From NCBI GenBank assembly GCA_043742785.1, contig JAYTXU010000048.1, positions 8,951-72,950 of the forward strand: 64,000 nt of DNA, given 5' to 3'. The position numbers and the translations under genes were made by a program. The notes beneath the pieces were generated by a model that saw only the letters and a program-made list of their open reading frames with translations, searched no databases and was not told where the DNA came from. This stretch comes from Candidatus Omnitrophota bacterium. Lineage in GTDB: Bacteria; Omnitrophota; Gorgyraeia; Zapsychrales; Fredricksoniimonadaceae. Below are positions 34,901 through 44,148 of this stretch, piece by piece. Numbering within the stretch: the first letter of the stretch is position 1; every line of letters starts with the position of its first letter.

Positions 34901-36440
34901 TATCCAAAGCAGCAAAAAATCTTTCAAAGGCTGCTAAGATTCCCTTATGCTTATGATCATCATGAATCGGTTTTACAATACGTGCCGTTAAAGTAGGTGT
35001 TAAGGTCAAAGCTACAAAAGCTGAAATTAATACAGAAAAAGAAATCGCCACTGCAAATTCAATAAAAAAACGTCCCGTAACACTTGTTTGAAAAGCCATT
35101 GGCATAAACACACAAATCAAGGTTAAGGTGGTTGCAATAACAACAAAGCCAATTTCGCGCATCCCTTGAATAGCAGCCTCCATAGGCTTCATTCCATCTT
35201 CGATATGCCGATAAATATTTTCTAAAACAATAATCGCATCATCAACAACAAGACCAATGGCTAAAATCAACCCCAACATTGTTACAATATTAATAGAGAA
35301 TCCAAACCCATAAAGCACCCCAAAGGTGGCAATGATGGATACAGGAATAACAATGGCAGGAACAAAAGTGGAACGTATATTACGTAGGAAAATAAAAATT
35401 GTTAATACAACCAATAAAAAAGCAATCCCCAATGTTTCCCATACTTCAACAATTGATTTCTTAACGTAAATAGATTCATCATAAGGAAAAGACGTAACAA
35501 CTCCCTGTGGTAAAGAAGGTGCGATACGGGCAACTTCCTTCTTGATTCCCTCAACAACCGCAATTGTATTAGCCTTGGATTGTTTAATAACTCCAATCCC
35601 AAGAGCAGGCTTCGAATTAAAACGAGCGACCGAATGTTCATCTTCAACACCAATAACAGCTTGACCAATATCACTAAAACGAATAACCATACTGCCGACT
35701 CTTTTGATTACCAAGTTATTATATTCTTGAGGAGTTTTCATCTGTCCTTTTGTTTCAATAGATAAAGACCGATCTAAACTCTCTGCCGACCCACTTGGTA
35801 ATTCAATATTTTCTCGCTTTAAAACATTATCAATATCTAAGACACTAACTCCCCGACTTGCCATCTTCTGCGCATCTAAACGCAGACGAATAGCAAAGCG
35901 TTTCTGACCTCCAAAAATAACTGAACTAACCCCCTGAACAGTTTGTAGACGATCCTTGAATAAATCTTCTGCCATCTTAGTTAATTGAAGCGTTGAGTAA
36001 CGATCTGAATATAAGGCTACCCAAAGAATAGGTGAAGCATCGGCTTCCTGCTTGGCTACAATAGGCTCTTCAATATCTTTAGGAAGTTTTCCCCTTACAC
36101 GAGATACACGATCCCTCACATCTTGAGCGACCACTTCAATAGGACGACTTAAATTGAATTCAATAGTAATTGAACTCACTTGCTCGCGCGATTCACTGGT
36201 AATAGTGCGGATACCATCAATACTCATCATCTCTGCTTCAATGAGTTCAGAAACTTGTGTTTCCATAACAGCCGCAGAGGCTCCTTGATAAACCGTCTGC
36301 ACATTAATAATAGGAGGATCAATATCTGGAAGTTCACGAACTGGAAGGCGATTTAAACCAATAATGCCAACGACCACTAAGCCCAAACTCATCATGCTGG
36401 CAAAGATAGGACGTCTTATTGAGAATTCTGAAATCTTCAT
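31971..36440 (-). CDS. fused RND efflux permease (aa 1-1019) and NodT/OprM-type outer-membrane factor lipoprotein (aa 1020-1489)
   Basis: Single uninterrupted 1489-aa frame. The AcrB-like N-terminus is MKISEFSIRRPIFASMM. The junction is VWFSK-MFKSCSKVVPSILVIVFCGVLCNGC-AVSKDYSRPKMDMPSKW, and OMF-type coiled repeats follow. Confidence 0.85.
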   Translation of the reverse strand: MKISEFSIRRPIFASMMSLGLVVVGIIGLNRLPVRELPDIDPPIINVQTVYQGASAAVMETQVSELIEAEMMSIDGIRTITSESREQVSSITIEFNLSRPIEVVAQDVRDRVSRVRGKLPKDIEEPIVAKQEADASPILWVALYSDRYSTLQLTKMAEDLFKDRLQTVQGVSSVIFGGQKRFAIRLRLDAQKMASRGVSVLDIDNVLKRENIELPSGSAESLDRSLSIETKGQMKTPQEYNNLVIKRVGSMVIRFSDIGQAVIGVEDEHSVARFNSKPALGIGVIKQSKANTIAVVEGIKKEVARIAPSLPQGVVTSFPYDESIYVKKSIVEVWETLGIAFLLVVLTIFIFLRNIRSTFVPAIVIPVSIIATFGVLYGFGFSINIVTMLGLILAIGLVVDDAIIVLENIYRHIEDGMKPMEAAIQGMREIGFVVIATTLTLICVFMPMAFQTSVTGRFFIEFAVAISFSVLISAFVALTLTPTLTARIVKPIHDDHKHKGILAAFERFFAALDKTYARHLAWALRHPLIISIIATASVLASVFFYFSLDHEFVPLEDKGRFLVFALAPVGSTSEYTDRMVKKLEGVVSKIPETQEYFSAVALSRGGSPGNPAQGLAFIRLKDDRKRNLRDIIGGAKGVGAQLFTQVQGAFAIPIMPKSFGGGFTQPFELVLQSQDLIKLNNYAASLVNKLRAAGFLINVRSNFELNKPELRLSVDRERAAQLGVSVGDIAKTLQIAFGGLDISKVNIDGKQYDVIAQLLRQQRLLPKDLDILFIRNNKGELVQLSNLLTYETGAGPSAINHYNRFRSAVIEGTPMGMPIGTAITKVEEILKKDLPSGFHYEWKGEAKELIESSQGIYFVLILALLIVYMVLAMQFESLIHPITVMITLPLAAFGAFGSLFVCSLFKLPSMGVNLYSQIGIILLFGIVTKNAIMLVDFANQQIAKGKDATEAMKAAGAIRLRPILMTACATVAGILPIAIGFGAGGEARRPMGVAAVGGMITSTFLTLFVIPIVYVWFSKMFKSCSKVVPSILVIVFCGVLCNGCAVSKDYSRPKMDMPSKWKSPIKEDFSHLTVQWWKIFSDEKLNDLEQRALTNNQDLKAAMSAVDKARAVARIAEADLYPTAGFNPSAKRSRTSKNSTSVFSKSRTTNQFTIPLDFSYEIDLWGKVRRFFESGRYEAFAKKYAYDTVLLTLNSDVANQYFLIGQLDAQIKALNETVNLRKEVVKILQQRVSAGLSSQLDLSQANTEVARVETQIIDAKRLRARAENALSLLCGEPATGFHVGEVIIENLKVPLLDAGIPSDILRNRPDVAESEDLMASANAKVGMAKADFFPSITLNAAAGFQSMDAAKLFQSASGMWTVGPSIVVPLFNAGGNQARLNAARAEYEKTLAEYSQTILKAFEEVENALVDVQMRKEGYQAQKRLFDSALSTKNMSYERYRQGLVSFIDVVDAERSRLESQLQVIESQSQRLIAAVNLIKAVGGQGIKE

Positions 36441-37513
36441 TTATTGTTCTCTGGTTTCTTTTCTTTACCATCATCTGGAGGTGTCACCATGACTAGAGCT
36501 CCTGGCCCAATCTTCTGGTAACCTTCAGTAATAACTGTATCCCCTTCACTTAACCCTGAAATAATCTCAACTTGTCCTGCCTGTCTTAAACCAACCTTCA
36601 CTAAAACCATCTGAGCTTTACTATCTTTATCCGCTGTGAAAACAAAGACTTCCTCTGCTTTAGGTATCAACGCTGTTTCAGGGATCATTAACGCTTGAGG
36701 CTTACGATCAACAACTAAATCCAGTTGAGCAAACATACCCCGACGAAGCTTAGAATCAGGATTGACCACCTTCGCTTTAACTAGAAATGTACGGGAAGAT
36801 TCATCAACTTGAGGATCAATAAAATAAACCTCTCCTTTAAAAACCTCTTTAGGATAGGCTGCTACAACAAGCTCTACTTCCTGCTCCTTAGCAACACGGG
36901 ACATATACCGTTCTGGAATATGGAAATCCACCTTCATCGGGTTTTCATCAATTATTACAGTTAGAAGTTTATCTTTACCAATCACCTGTCCTAAGCTAAC
37001 TTGACGCTCCCCGATAACACCATCAAAAGGAGCTGTAATCACAGTATCCGTCAACTGCGCTGCAATCAAATCCACTTGAGCTTTCTTTCCAGCAAGATCA
37101 GATTGAGCCTGATCAAACTCCTGCTTAGAAACAGCTCCTTGATCAACTAAAGATTTCATACGATTAAAAGTTGATTGAGCAATATCTAAATTTGCTTTAG
37201 CTTGAGCAGAGGTCGCCTCTAATTTTTCACGATCTAAAACAAGAAGAGTATCTCCTTTAGTAATTTTCTGTCCTTCCTCAAAATGTATTTCTGTGACCTT
37301 ACTCTCTATCTGACTTTTAACTTCCACCGATTCATTAGCCGCTAAAGACCCCACCACAGAAACTTTCTCAGATATTTCTTGAGGAGTAACCTTGACTCCA
37401 ACCACAGGAGTAGGAAAACCTCCCATAGGTTTACCAGAAGATTGACCTTTGGATGAATTAGAGCATCCATAAAACATAACGATTACTACTAAACTTAGAA
37501 CAAATATTCTCAT
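36437..37513 (-). CDS. RND efflux periplasmic adaptor (membrane fusion protein), lipoprotein
   Basis: Start moved to MRIFVLSLVVIVMFYGC (GAGGA Shine-Dalgarno). It has the coiled-coil hairpin and beta-barrel pattern of the AcrA/HlyD family and a 4-nt overlap with the RND gene. Confidence 0.85.
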   Translation of the reverse strand: MRIFVLSLVVIVMFYGCSNSSKGQSSGKPMGGFPTPVVGVKVTPQEISEKVSVVGSLAANESVEVKSQIESKVTEIHFEEGQKITKGDTLLVLDREKLEATSAQAKANLDIAQSTFNRMKSLVDQGAVSKQEFDQAQSDLAGKKAQVDLIAAQLTDTVITAPFDGVIGERQVSLGQVIGKDKLLTVIIDENPMKVDFHIPERYMSRVAKEQEVELVVAAYPKEVFKGEVYFIDPQVDESSRTFLVKAKVVNPDSKLRRGMFAQLDLVVDRKPQALMIPETALIPKAEEVFVFTADKDSKAQMVLVKVGLRQAGQVEIISGLSEGDTVITEGYQKIGPGALVMVTPPDDGKEKKPENNK

Positions 37514-37520
37514 ACATCCT

Positions 37521-38009
37521 CTATCTTTTTTTATTCGTTGCAGAAGCAACGATTAGTTTCTGTTGAATATCCAATACATTGACATAGATCTTACATAAAA
37601 CATTCATACATAATTTCATATCCTGAGCGCTAATGCCTGCTTCTGCCTGTTCTAAGGTTTTCTCAACAATGATCATTAGTTTTTTCTGTAAGATTTTTCC
37701 TTTATTGGTCAGGTAAATAAATTTCTGGCGCTTATCTTGCTTGTCTGGAATACGCACCACCAAATCTCGCTTTTCCATACCATCAATCAGACGAGCCATG
37801 CTTGTTTTATCCTTGCAGGAATTTTGAGCTAAATCCTGTTGCGTTTGACCATTTTTCTGGACTAAATTAAATAACACAGACCATTGCTCACAAGTCACAT
37901 CAAATCCACTAATAGCCATATTACGGTTAAGTAAACCGCCAACCGAACGTGCGGCGCGACCAATAATATAACCTAGAGAATCTTCTAAGATGAATTTTTG
38001 TTTAGACAT
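37521..38009 (-). CDS. MarR-family transcriptional regulator
   Basis: 162 aa with a winged HTH (QTQQDLAQNSCKDKTSMARLIDGMEKRDLVVRIPD). It is the first gene of the efflux operon. Confidence 0.85.
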   Translation of the reverse strand: MSKQKFILEDSLGYIIGRAARSVGGLLNRNMAISGFDVTCEQWSVLFNLVQKNGQTQQDLAQNSCKDKTSMARLIDGMEKRDLVVRIPDKQDKRQKFIYLTNKGKILQKKLMIIVEKTLEQAEAGISAQDMKLCMNVLCKIYVNVLDIQQKLIVASATNKKR

Positions 38010-38040
38010 AAATAATTAGTTGTACCTGCAACTTTTATCA

Positions 38041-38069
38041 AGTTTACCTGATAATTTTGAATTTGTCAA
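38041..38069 (-). promoter_or_regulatory. candidate promoter of the marR-efflux operon
   Basis: On the minus strand: TTGACA (38069-38064), 17 nt, TAAACT (38046-38041). A downstream AGTTG-6 nt-CAACT inverted repeat (38019..38036) is a possible MarR box. Confidence 0.5.
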
Positions 38070-38078
38070 ATCGAAGAT

Positions 38079-38114
38079 AAAAAAACCCGTGCTCCTTTTA
38101 AAAAGAACACGGGG
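38079..38114 (-). terminator. Rho-independent terminator of cysK
   Basis: On the minus strand CCCGTGTTC-10 nt-GAGCACGGG is followed by seven T. Confidence 0.75.
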
Positions 38115-38141
38115 TTTGTATTTCTATAAACTTAACTTAAA

Positions 38142-39074
38142 CTAACTTCTATATTCCGCAAATAAATCAGTCGATAAATAGCGTTCGCCAGTGGAAGGAA
38201 TAATCGCCACAATCAGCTTTCCCTTATTCTCTGGACGCTTGCCCACTTCAATAGCAGCTTGGATAGCAGCACCAGAAGAAATGCCGCAGAGAATTCCTTC
38301 TTCTTTAATCAAACGCTTAGCCATAGCAAAGGCTTGATCATTATCAATTTGGATCACTTCATCAATTAATTTGGTATCTAAAATACTTGGCACGAAACCA
38401 GCACCGATCCCCTGAATCTTATGAGGCCCTGGTTGACCACCGGAAAGCACTGGAGAATTCTTAGGTTCAACGGCAATCGCCTTAAAAGAAGGATTACGTT
38501 GTTTGATTACTTGAGCAACACCGGTCAAGGTCCCGCCAGTACCGATTCCTGAAATTAATATATCCACCTTACCATCGGTATCACGCCAAATCTCTTCAGC
38601 AGTTGTTAAACGATGGATCTCTGGATTAGCTGGATTATCAAATTGCTGAGGCATGAAATATTTAGGGTCGCTGTCCGCTAATTCCTTAGCTTTCTTGATA
38701 GCCCCTTTCATCCCTTCCGGACCAGGCGTTAGAATCAATTCCGCGCCTAAAGCTTTCAATAAAGCACGACGCTCTAAAGACATCGTCTCAGGCATGGTTA
38801 AAAGCAATTTATACCCCTTTACTGCGCAAACAAAAGCCAAAGCAATCCCTGTATTACCAGAGGTTGGCTCGACAATAACAGTATCTTTCTTGATCTTACC
38901 AGCCTTCTCAGCGGACTTAATCATATTAAAACCAATGCGGTCCTTAACAGAGCCTAATGGATTAAAAAATTCCAGCTTGCCAACAATGGTCGCATGGCAA
39001 CCATCAGTCACTTTATTAATTTTAACTAAAGGTGTGTTTCCAATTAACTCTGTGATGTCATTTGCTATTTTCAT
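38142..39074 (-). CDS. cysK: cysteine synthase A (O-acetylserine sulfhydrylase)
   Basis: 310 aa with the PLP lysine motif GSVKDRIG, the TSGNTG loop and [10 protein letters not shown]. Confidence 0.92.
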   Translation of the reverse strand: MKIANDITELIGNTPLVKINKVTDGCHATIVGKLEFFNPLGSVKDRIGFNMIKSAEKAGKIKKDTVIVEPTSGNTGIALAFVCAVKGYKLLLTMPETMSLERRALLKALGAELILTPGPEGMKGAIKKAKELADSDPKYFMPQQFDNPANPEIHRLTTAEEIWRDTDGKVDILISGIGTGGTLTGVAQVIKQRNPSFKAIAVEPKNSPVLSGGQPGPHKIQGIGAGFVPSILDTKLIDEVIQIDNDQAFAMAKRLIKEEGILCGISSGAAIQAAIEVGKRPENKGKLIVAIIPSTGERYLSTDLFAEYRS

Positions 39075-39086
39075 AAGCTCTCTCCC

Positions 39087-40961
39087 TTATTGTTTTACAG
39101 ATTCTTTCCATTTCTTCAAATAAATCATCATCAATGTAATCGCCGCTGGGGTAACCCCAGAAATACGATTGGCTTGGCCTAAGGTTGTTGGTGAGAATCT
39201 TTTAAATTTCTCACAAATTTCTTTTGAAAGACCAGGAATCTTATCAAAATCCATATTAGATGGAATGCGAATATATTCAATATGCTTAAACTTCTCTACA
39301 TCCTTGTTCTGACGGCTGATAAATCCTTCATATTTAATTTCATATTCCACCTGAGCAATCACCGCAAGCCCTTGATCCTTTAGAGTTCCATCAAAAGAAG
39401 AAATCATCTCATAGCTCACCTGTGGTCTTTTTAAAAGATCATAAAGACTCATCGGTTGATTCAAAGCAGTTGTACCATTGTCTTTCAAGATCTTATCCAT
39501 CTCTGTTCCAGGATTAATCTTAATCGAGCGCAGATGATCAATCTCCTTATCAATCATTTCATATTTCTTAACAACATTCTGGTAGTCCTCTTCAGGCAAA
39601 ATTCCTAATTGGCAACCTAATGCAGACAATCGTTTGTCTGCATTATCTTCACGTACAATCAAACGATACTCCACACGTGAAGTAAACATCCGATATGGCT
39701 CTTCAGTCCCCTTAGTCACTAAATCATCAATCAAAACACCAATGTAAGATTGTCGTCCTAAAATAAATGGTTCTTTATCTTGAGACAATAATGCAGCATT
39801 GATGCCTGCAATTAATCCTTGGGCACCAGCCTCTTCATAACCAGTTGTTCCATTAATCTGACCTGCCATAAATAAACCTACAATATTCTTTGTTTCAAGA
39901 GTTGGTTTTAAATCCGTAGCATCAACAACCCCGTGCTCAATCGAATATCCAGGACGAACAATAATCGCTTTTTCCAAACCAGGGATAGAATGAACCATTT
40001 CTTCCTGCACGTGCAAAGGAAGCCCTGTGGAAATACCATTAGGATAATATTCGGCAGTATCTAACCCTTCTGGTTCCAGAAAGACATGATGCGTCTCTTT
40101 ATCAGCAAATTTTTTTAATTTATCTTCTATAGAAGGACAATAGCGAACTCCAGTGGCCTGAATTTGTCCAGAATACATGGGTGATAAATGAAAATTAGCT
40201 CGAATAATATCATGAGTTTTCTGAGATGTACGCGTAATATGGCACGGAAGAAGTTCTTGTTCTTTAGGAATAAACGGTGTGCGAAATGAAAATGGCACCG
40301 GAGGATTATCAGAATCCTGACGTTCTAAATTTGTAAAATCTATAGTGCGACCATCTAATCGCGGGGGAGTACCTGTTTTAAACATACGTACTGAAAGACC
40401 TAGATCACGAATGGAATCTGCTAGACGGTTGGAGGCCACTTCACCAATGCGTCCGCCAGAGGTAATTTGTGTTCCCACATGCATACGACCATTTAAAAAC
40501 GTTCCAGTTGTAATGACTAGCGTTTTTGTAGCAATAGTACTTCCATCAGCTGTCTTAATACCTGTAATGCGTCCCCCTTCAACTAAAATCTCACGTACCT
40601 TATCTTCTTTAACAGTAAGATTCGCCTGAGCTTTGACAACCGACTGGATATAAAGCTTATAAAGTTTGCGGTCGCTTTGACAGCGGGAAGATCGTACAGC
40701 CTGGCCCTTTGAGGCATTGAGCTGACGAAACTGAATTCCTGTGCGGTCAGCTGCAAGACCCATTTCTCCGCCTAAGGCATCGATCTCTTTAACCAATTGC
40801 CCCTTACCCACCCCACCGATAGCTGGATTACAGCTCATCTGTCCTATGGTATCAGCAGATAAGGTCACCATGAGCGTTTTACAGCCCATACGAGCACTCG
40901 CCAAAGCTGCTTCAACTCCAGCGTGTCCACCACCTATAACGATGCAATCAAATGAATTCAT
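39087..40961 (-). CDS. mnmG: tRNA uridine-5-carboxymethylaminomethyl modification enzyme MnmG (GidA)
   Basis: 624 aa with the FAD motif VIGGGHAGVEAA, SCNPAIGG, and the conserved C-terminal GQANRISGVTPAA. Confidence 0.95.
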   Translation of the reverse strand: MNSFDCIVIGGGHAGVEAALASARMGCKTLMVTLSADTIGQMSCNPAIGGVGKGQLVKEIDALGGEMGLAADRTGIQFRQLNASKGQAVRSSRCQSDRKLYKLYIQSVVKAQANLTVKEDKVREILVEGGRITGIKTADGSTIATKTLVITTGTFLNGRMHVGTQITSGGRIGEVASNRLADSIRDLGLSVRMFKTGTPPRLDGRTIDFTNLERQDSDNPPVPFSFRTPFIPKEQELLPCHITRTSQKTHDIIRANFHLSPMYSGQIQATGVRYCPSIEDKLKKFADKETHHVFLEPEGLDTAEYYPNGISTGLPLHVQEEMVHSIPGLEKAIIVRPGYSIEHGVVDATDLKPTLETKNIVGLFMAGQINGTTGYEEAGAQGLIAGINAALLSQDKEPFILGRQSYIGVLIDDLVTKGTEEPYRMFTSRVEYRLIVREDNADKRLSALGCQLGILPEEDYQNVVKKYEMIDKEIDHLRSIKINPGTEMDKILKDNGTTALNQPMSLYDLLKRPQVSYEMISSFDGTLKDQGLAVIAQVEYEIKYEGFISRQNKDVEKFKHIEYIRIPSNMDFDKIPGLSKEICEKFKRFSPTTLGQANRISGVTPAAITLMMIYLKKWKESVKQ

Positions 40962-40970
40962 AGAGGTTAA

Positions 40971-40999
40971 AATTTACATCGAAAGCCTTGAATTGTCAA
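40971..40999 (-). promoter_or_regulatory. candidate mnmG promoter placed 9 nt from the ATG
   Basis: On the minus strand: TTGACA (40999-40994), 17 nt, TAAATT (40976-40971), 9 nt, ATG (40961). No Shine-Dalgarno. Confidence 0.55.
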
Positions 41000-41003
41000 C
41001 TAC

Positions 41004-42014
41004 TTATGAAGATGGAGGGGCGCAAGATTCGCGGACGATTAAATCAGGTTCAAGCACTTTACGTACAAGGCCCTCTTGTTTGCCTTGCATAATGTTATTA
41101 ATAATTCGCACCGATTCCTCGCCCATGGCAAACAAAGGTTGTTTGATGGTTGTCAACGCTACAGAACCAAAAAGACCGGCAGGATTGTCATCGAAGCCAA
41201 TAACAGAGATATCTTCTGGAACCTTAATACCGTTTTCATTAGCCACTGAAATAATTTCTAAAGCCATATCATCACTTGCTGCAAAAATAGCCGTGGGAGG
41301 GTTGTCTAAGGAAAAAAAATGCAGCGCTGCATCACGGGCAGAACGTCTAGAATAATCCCCTTTAAAAAAATATTCTGGTTCAAACTCGATGCCTTGTTTC
41401 ATCAAAGTTTTTTGAAAACCTTCATATCGATCCATCCCTGCTTGCGTTTGCATATTACCAGTAACAGTAGCAATACGCTTGTGGCCCAAGGTAATTAAAT
41501 ATTCGGCCGCCATCATCCCACCTTTAACATTATCAACAGCCAAATAACTAACATCTAAATCTTTAACCAAATGATTAATAACCAAAGCAGGAATTCCATC
41601 CGCTAGTGCATCTTCCACTTGAGAACGATTTTCAATAATATCTGCAAAAATAAGCCCTCCTGAATAACTAGAACGTAGAGGATTTTTACCATCTGTAATA
41701 TGAAAAACTAAATCTAAACGCAACGTCTCACAACCATGACCAATGCCGCGCATCAATTCAACCGCATAAAACGAATGAAATACTCCAGGGAAACCAGGAA
41801 TAACAAAACCAACAGCCGTCCCCATCCCCCCTCTAGCTAAACGCTGAGCAGTAGGATTAGGTCTAAATTTTAACGCAACAATAGCTTCTTCGACTCTAAT
41901 GGCTATTTGTTTATCTACGGTAAGAACTTTATTAATAACGCGGGAAACTGTAGTAATAGATACATTTGCTTTTCTAGCTACATCTGTAATACTAACTTTT
42001 TTAAGTGATTTCAT
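41004..42014 (-). CDS. LacI-family transcriptional regulator
   Basis: 336 aa with the N-terminal HTH ITDVARKANVSITTVSRVIN and a periplasmic-binding-protein-like sugar domain. ATGA overlap with the upstream gene. Confidence 0.9.
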   Translation of the reverse strand: MKSLKKVSITDVARKANVSITTVSRVINKVLTVDKQIAIRVEEAIVALKFRPNPTAQRLARGGMGTAVGFVIPGFPGVFHSFYAVELMRGIGHGCETLRLDLVFHITDGKNPLRSSYSGGLIFADIIENRSQVEDALADGIPALVINHLVKDLDVSYLAVDNVKGGMMAAEYLITLGHKRIATVTGNMQTQAGMDRYEGFQKTLMKQGIEFEPEYFFKGDYSRRSARDAALHFFSLDNPPTAIFAASDDMALEIISVANENGIKVPEDISVIGFDDNPAGLFGSVALTTIKQPLFAMGEESVRIINNIMQGKQEGLVRKVLEPDLIVRESCAPPSS

Positions 42015-43399
42015 CTAACCTGATCACCAACCTGTAAATTGGTCTTTTGATCCTTAATATCAGCTGCAGAAATCTCATGACGAACCTGAATAACTTCAAG
42101 CGTAGCAATCTCTTTATTGTTACGATATACTTTTAAAACCCGTCCAATCATACTCCCTTGGATCTCGCCATAATCAACAATAACAAAATTATTCTTTGAA
42201 TTAATGCTTATGATTTTATGATCTGTTTCTTGAATTTCAGGTGAAGAAGTTATCGATGACTTTTCTGTGACAGGCATAAGTGTGGAAGAAACGCTCCCAC
42301 TGTTTCCATTAACAACTATAGGAGGAAGCTCCACTTCTTTATCAGACTTGGCTTGATTAATTTGTCCTATCTTTTGATCAAGAGTTTGCTTAATCTGCCA
42401 AATTTCATTAATACGATCCTGAATAACACCTTCAGTATCTGCAAGACGTCTACCCATATCATTCTTTTCTTGAGTCAAGCGTGCTGTTGTTTTTTCTAAA
42501 GCAACCTTTGTTGACGACAATTGCTTAATTTCCGATTGCATCTGAGCATTGTCCCCTTTAATCTTAGAGCCAAAATCATTAGCAAATTTCTGATCCCCTC
42601 TTGCACGAGCAGCTTCCATTGATAAATTGCTAGCTAAATTTTCTCCATCTCTAATCTTGCGCTGTAATTCTTGCTTCTCACGAGAATAATTATCTTGCAA
42701 TTGTTTTTTCTCGTTAGTAAGACGACGTTCAATATCAACCTTATCATTGTTTAAATCTTTTATCTGTAACTGTAATTCAGAATTTTGTTTTCTTAAATCA
42801 GCAACCTGCAAAGCAGTACTATCTAAATCCGCCATAGCTTTATCTAACTCAACTTGTAATTGAGATTTTTGTTTTAGCACCTTAGCCCAATACTCATCCC
42901 CTTCAGGATTGCCCACTACAAGATTAGATTGATCTGAGTTTCCATCGACATCAGCCGTTTTATCTTTATTAACAACTTTCTCAGGCGGATGTTGTAATTT
43001 CTCCATCAGAGTATCTCTCTCTTTACGAATAGTCTCTAAACGAGATTTCCAATCATCACGATCTTTATTAGCTTGATCAAGCTGACCCTGATAATCTGAT
43101 TCTTTAGATTTCAGTTCATCTATCGAGCCTTGTAATAGTTCTTTTTCTTTTTCTTTAGTTGATAAACGCTTGTTAGTATTTGAGTTCTCTTCTTGTAGTT
43201 TTTGAACTTGTTGTTGAAGGCTTTTGGATTCGGCGAGAGCTTTTTCTTGTTTGGATTTGGTATCTATAAGCTCATCTTGTAAGCTTTGATTCTGTTTAGT
43301 TAAACTCTGATTATTTAATGCAAGTAAAACAGCACCGCCAGCAATAGCAACTAAAATAACCGACAGAACTATTATACTGCGTTGAATTGCTTGGGACAT
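42011..43399 (-). CDS. membrane-anchored long coiled-coil protein with small C-terminal beta-barrel-like domain
   Basis: Start moved to the ATG preceded by GGAGG. It has an N-terminal TM (IIVLSVILVAIAGGAVLLAL), about 330 aa of heptad-like Q/E/K-rich sequence, and a C-terminal NFVIVDYGEIQGSMIGRVLKVYR...LQVGDQV. Confidence 0.6.
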   Translation of the reverse strand: MSQAIQRSIIVLSVILVAIAGGAVLLALNNQSLTKQNQSLQDELIDTKSKQEKALAESKSLQQQVQKLQEENSNTNKRLSTKEKEKELLQGSIDELKSKESDYQGQLDQANKDRDDWKSRLETIRKERDTLMEKLQHPPEKVVNKDKTADVDGNSDQSNLVVGNPEGDEYWAKVLKQKSQLQVELDKAMADLDSTALQVADLRKQNSELQLQIKDLNNDKVDIERRLTNEKKQLQDNYSREKQELQRKIRDGENLASNLSMEAARARGDQKFANDFGSKIKGDNAQMQSEIKQLSSTKVALEKTTARLTQEKNDMGRRLADTEGVIQDRINEIWQIKQTLDQKIGQINQAKSDKEVELPPIVVNGNSGSVSSTLMPVTEKSSITSSPEIQETDHKIISINSKNNFVIVDYGEIQGSMIGRVLKVYRNNKEIATLEVIQVRHEISAADIKDQKTNLQVGDQVR

Positions 43400-43485
43400 A
43401 ACTTCCTCCAAAAAGGTATTTAATTAATACGAATATAACAAAGGGGAAGAAGCAACACAAGCAATTTTATTGATATTTCACAAGA

Positions 43486-44088
43486 TTATTCAAAATGAAC
43501 ATCATCGAGGAAGAAAACACATGAATTTGGATTAGCATCCACATTAGCAGCCCAAGCAAAACCTCCGCTGATTAAAGATAAGTCTTTGTCACGCAAGTCG
43601 ATAGAATATTCTTTCCATTCTTTAGAAAGAATCACAGGACCAATAGCTGCTGTATCTGAATCAGGATACTCGCGATTATAGCCTATCCCACCCATTTTAA
43701 ATTCAGATACTTGCTCGCCGCCTTTTTCTCCTTTGGCCCAAAAAACTAATTTTTTTGCTCCGATTAAATTATAACCACCCTTCTTATCCCCCCAATTATC
43801 AGGAGGATTAAGCCAATAAATACCAGCCCAACGGCGACTCTTAGCGGAACAAGCTACATCATAAATAACTTTAATACAGGTTTTACCTTCCTGACAATCT
43901 TGCTGCCAACCATCATCCATCTTAAGACACTCACCTGTTGGCATGTAACCTGATGGTGTATAACGATTATGGGAGTGTTTATCCTGATAAACAATAAACT
44001 TCGGAAAAGGCTTACTTGGGCCATTTTGAGCCCGAGCTAACGATGAAAATATAACAAAACTAAGAAGAATAAAACAAAAAATTTTCAT
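43486..44088 (-). CDS. secreted protein, possible carbohydrate-binding beta-sandwich
   Basis: 200 aa with a signal peptide (SSLARA|QN). The Trp/Gly-rich pattern WAGIYWLNPPDNWGD...LVFWAKGEKGG...EWKEYSIDL is reminiscent of CBM-like modules. Weak call. Confidence 0.45.
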   Translation of the reverse strand: MKIFCFILLSFVIFSSLARAQNGPSKPFPKFIVYQDKHSHNRYTPSGYMPTGECLKMDDGWQQDCQEGKTCIKVIYDVACSAKSRRWAGIYWLNPPDNWGDKKGGYNLIGAKKLVFWAKGEKGGEQVSEFKMGGIGYNREYPDSDTAAIGPVILSKEWKEYSIDLRDKDLSLISGGFAWAANVDANPNSCVFFLDDVHFE

Positions 44089-44148
44089 AAATAACGAGCG
44101 GGATAAAGAAGGTTCTTAAATCCTCCATTATCCCGCTTCAATTTTAGT

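Noticed and set aside
38653-41355. Long plus-strand ORFs of 156 aa (38653-39123), 94 aa (40345-40629) and 204 aa (40741-41355), antisense to cysK, mnmG and lacI.
   Set aside because: They lie fully inside confidently identified genes on the other strand. Their Pro/Ser/Ala/Arg-rich translations are typical of the antisense frame of well-conserved genes. No start-site signals are present.
44098-44136. GCGGGATAA-21 nt-TTATCCCGC hairpin between the TPR-like and CBM-like genes, considered as another copy of the GCGGGAAT-type mini-element.
   Set aside because: Only the CCCGC core is shared, and the flanks and loop are unrelated to the 82-85 bp family. It is more simply an intra-operon stem-loop acting as an attenuator or stabiliser. 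There is too little evidence to call it a terminator because no clear U-tract follows.
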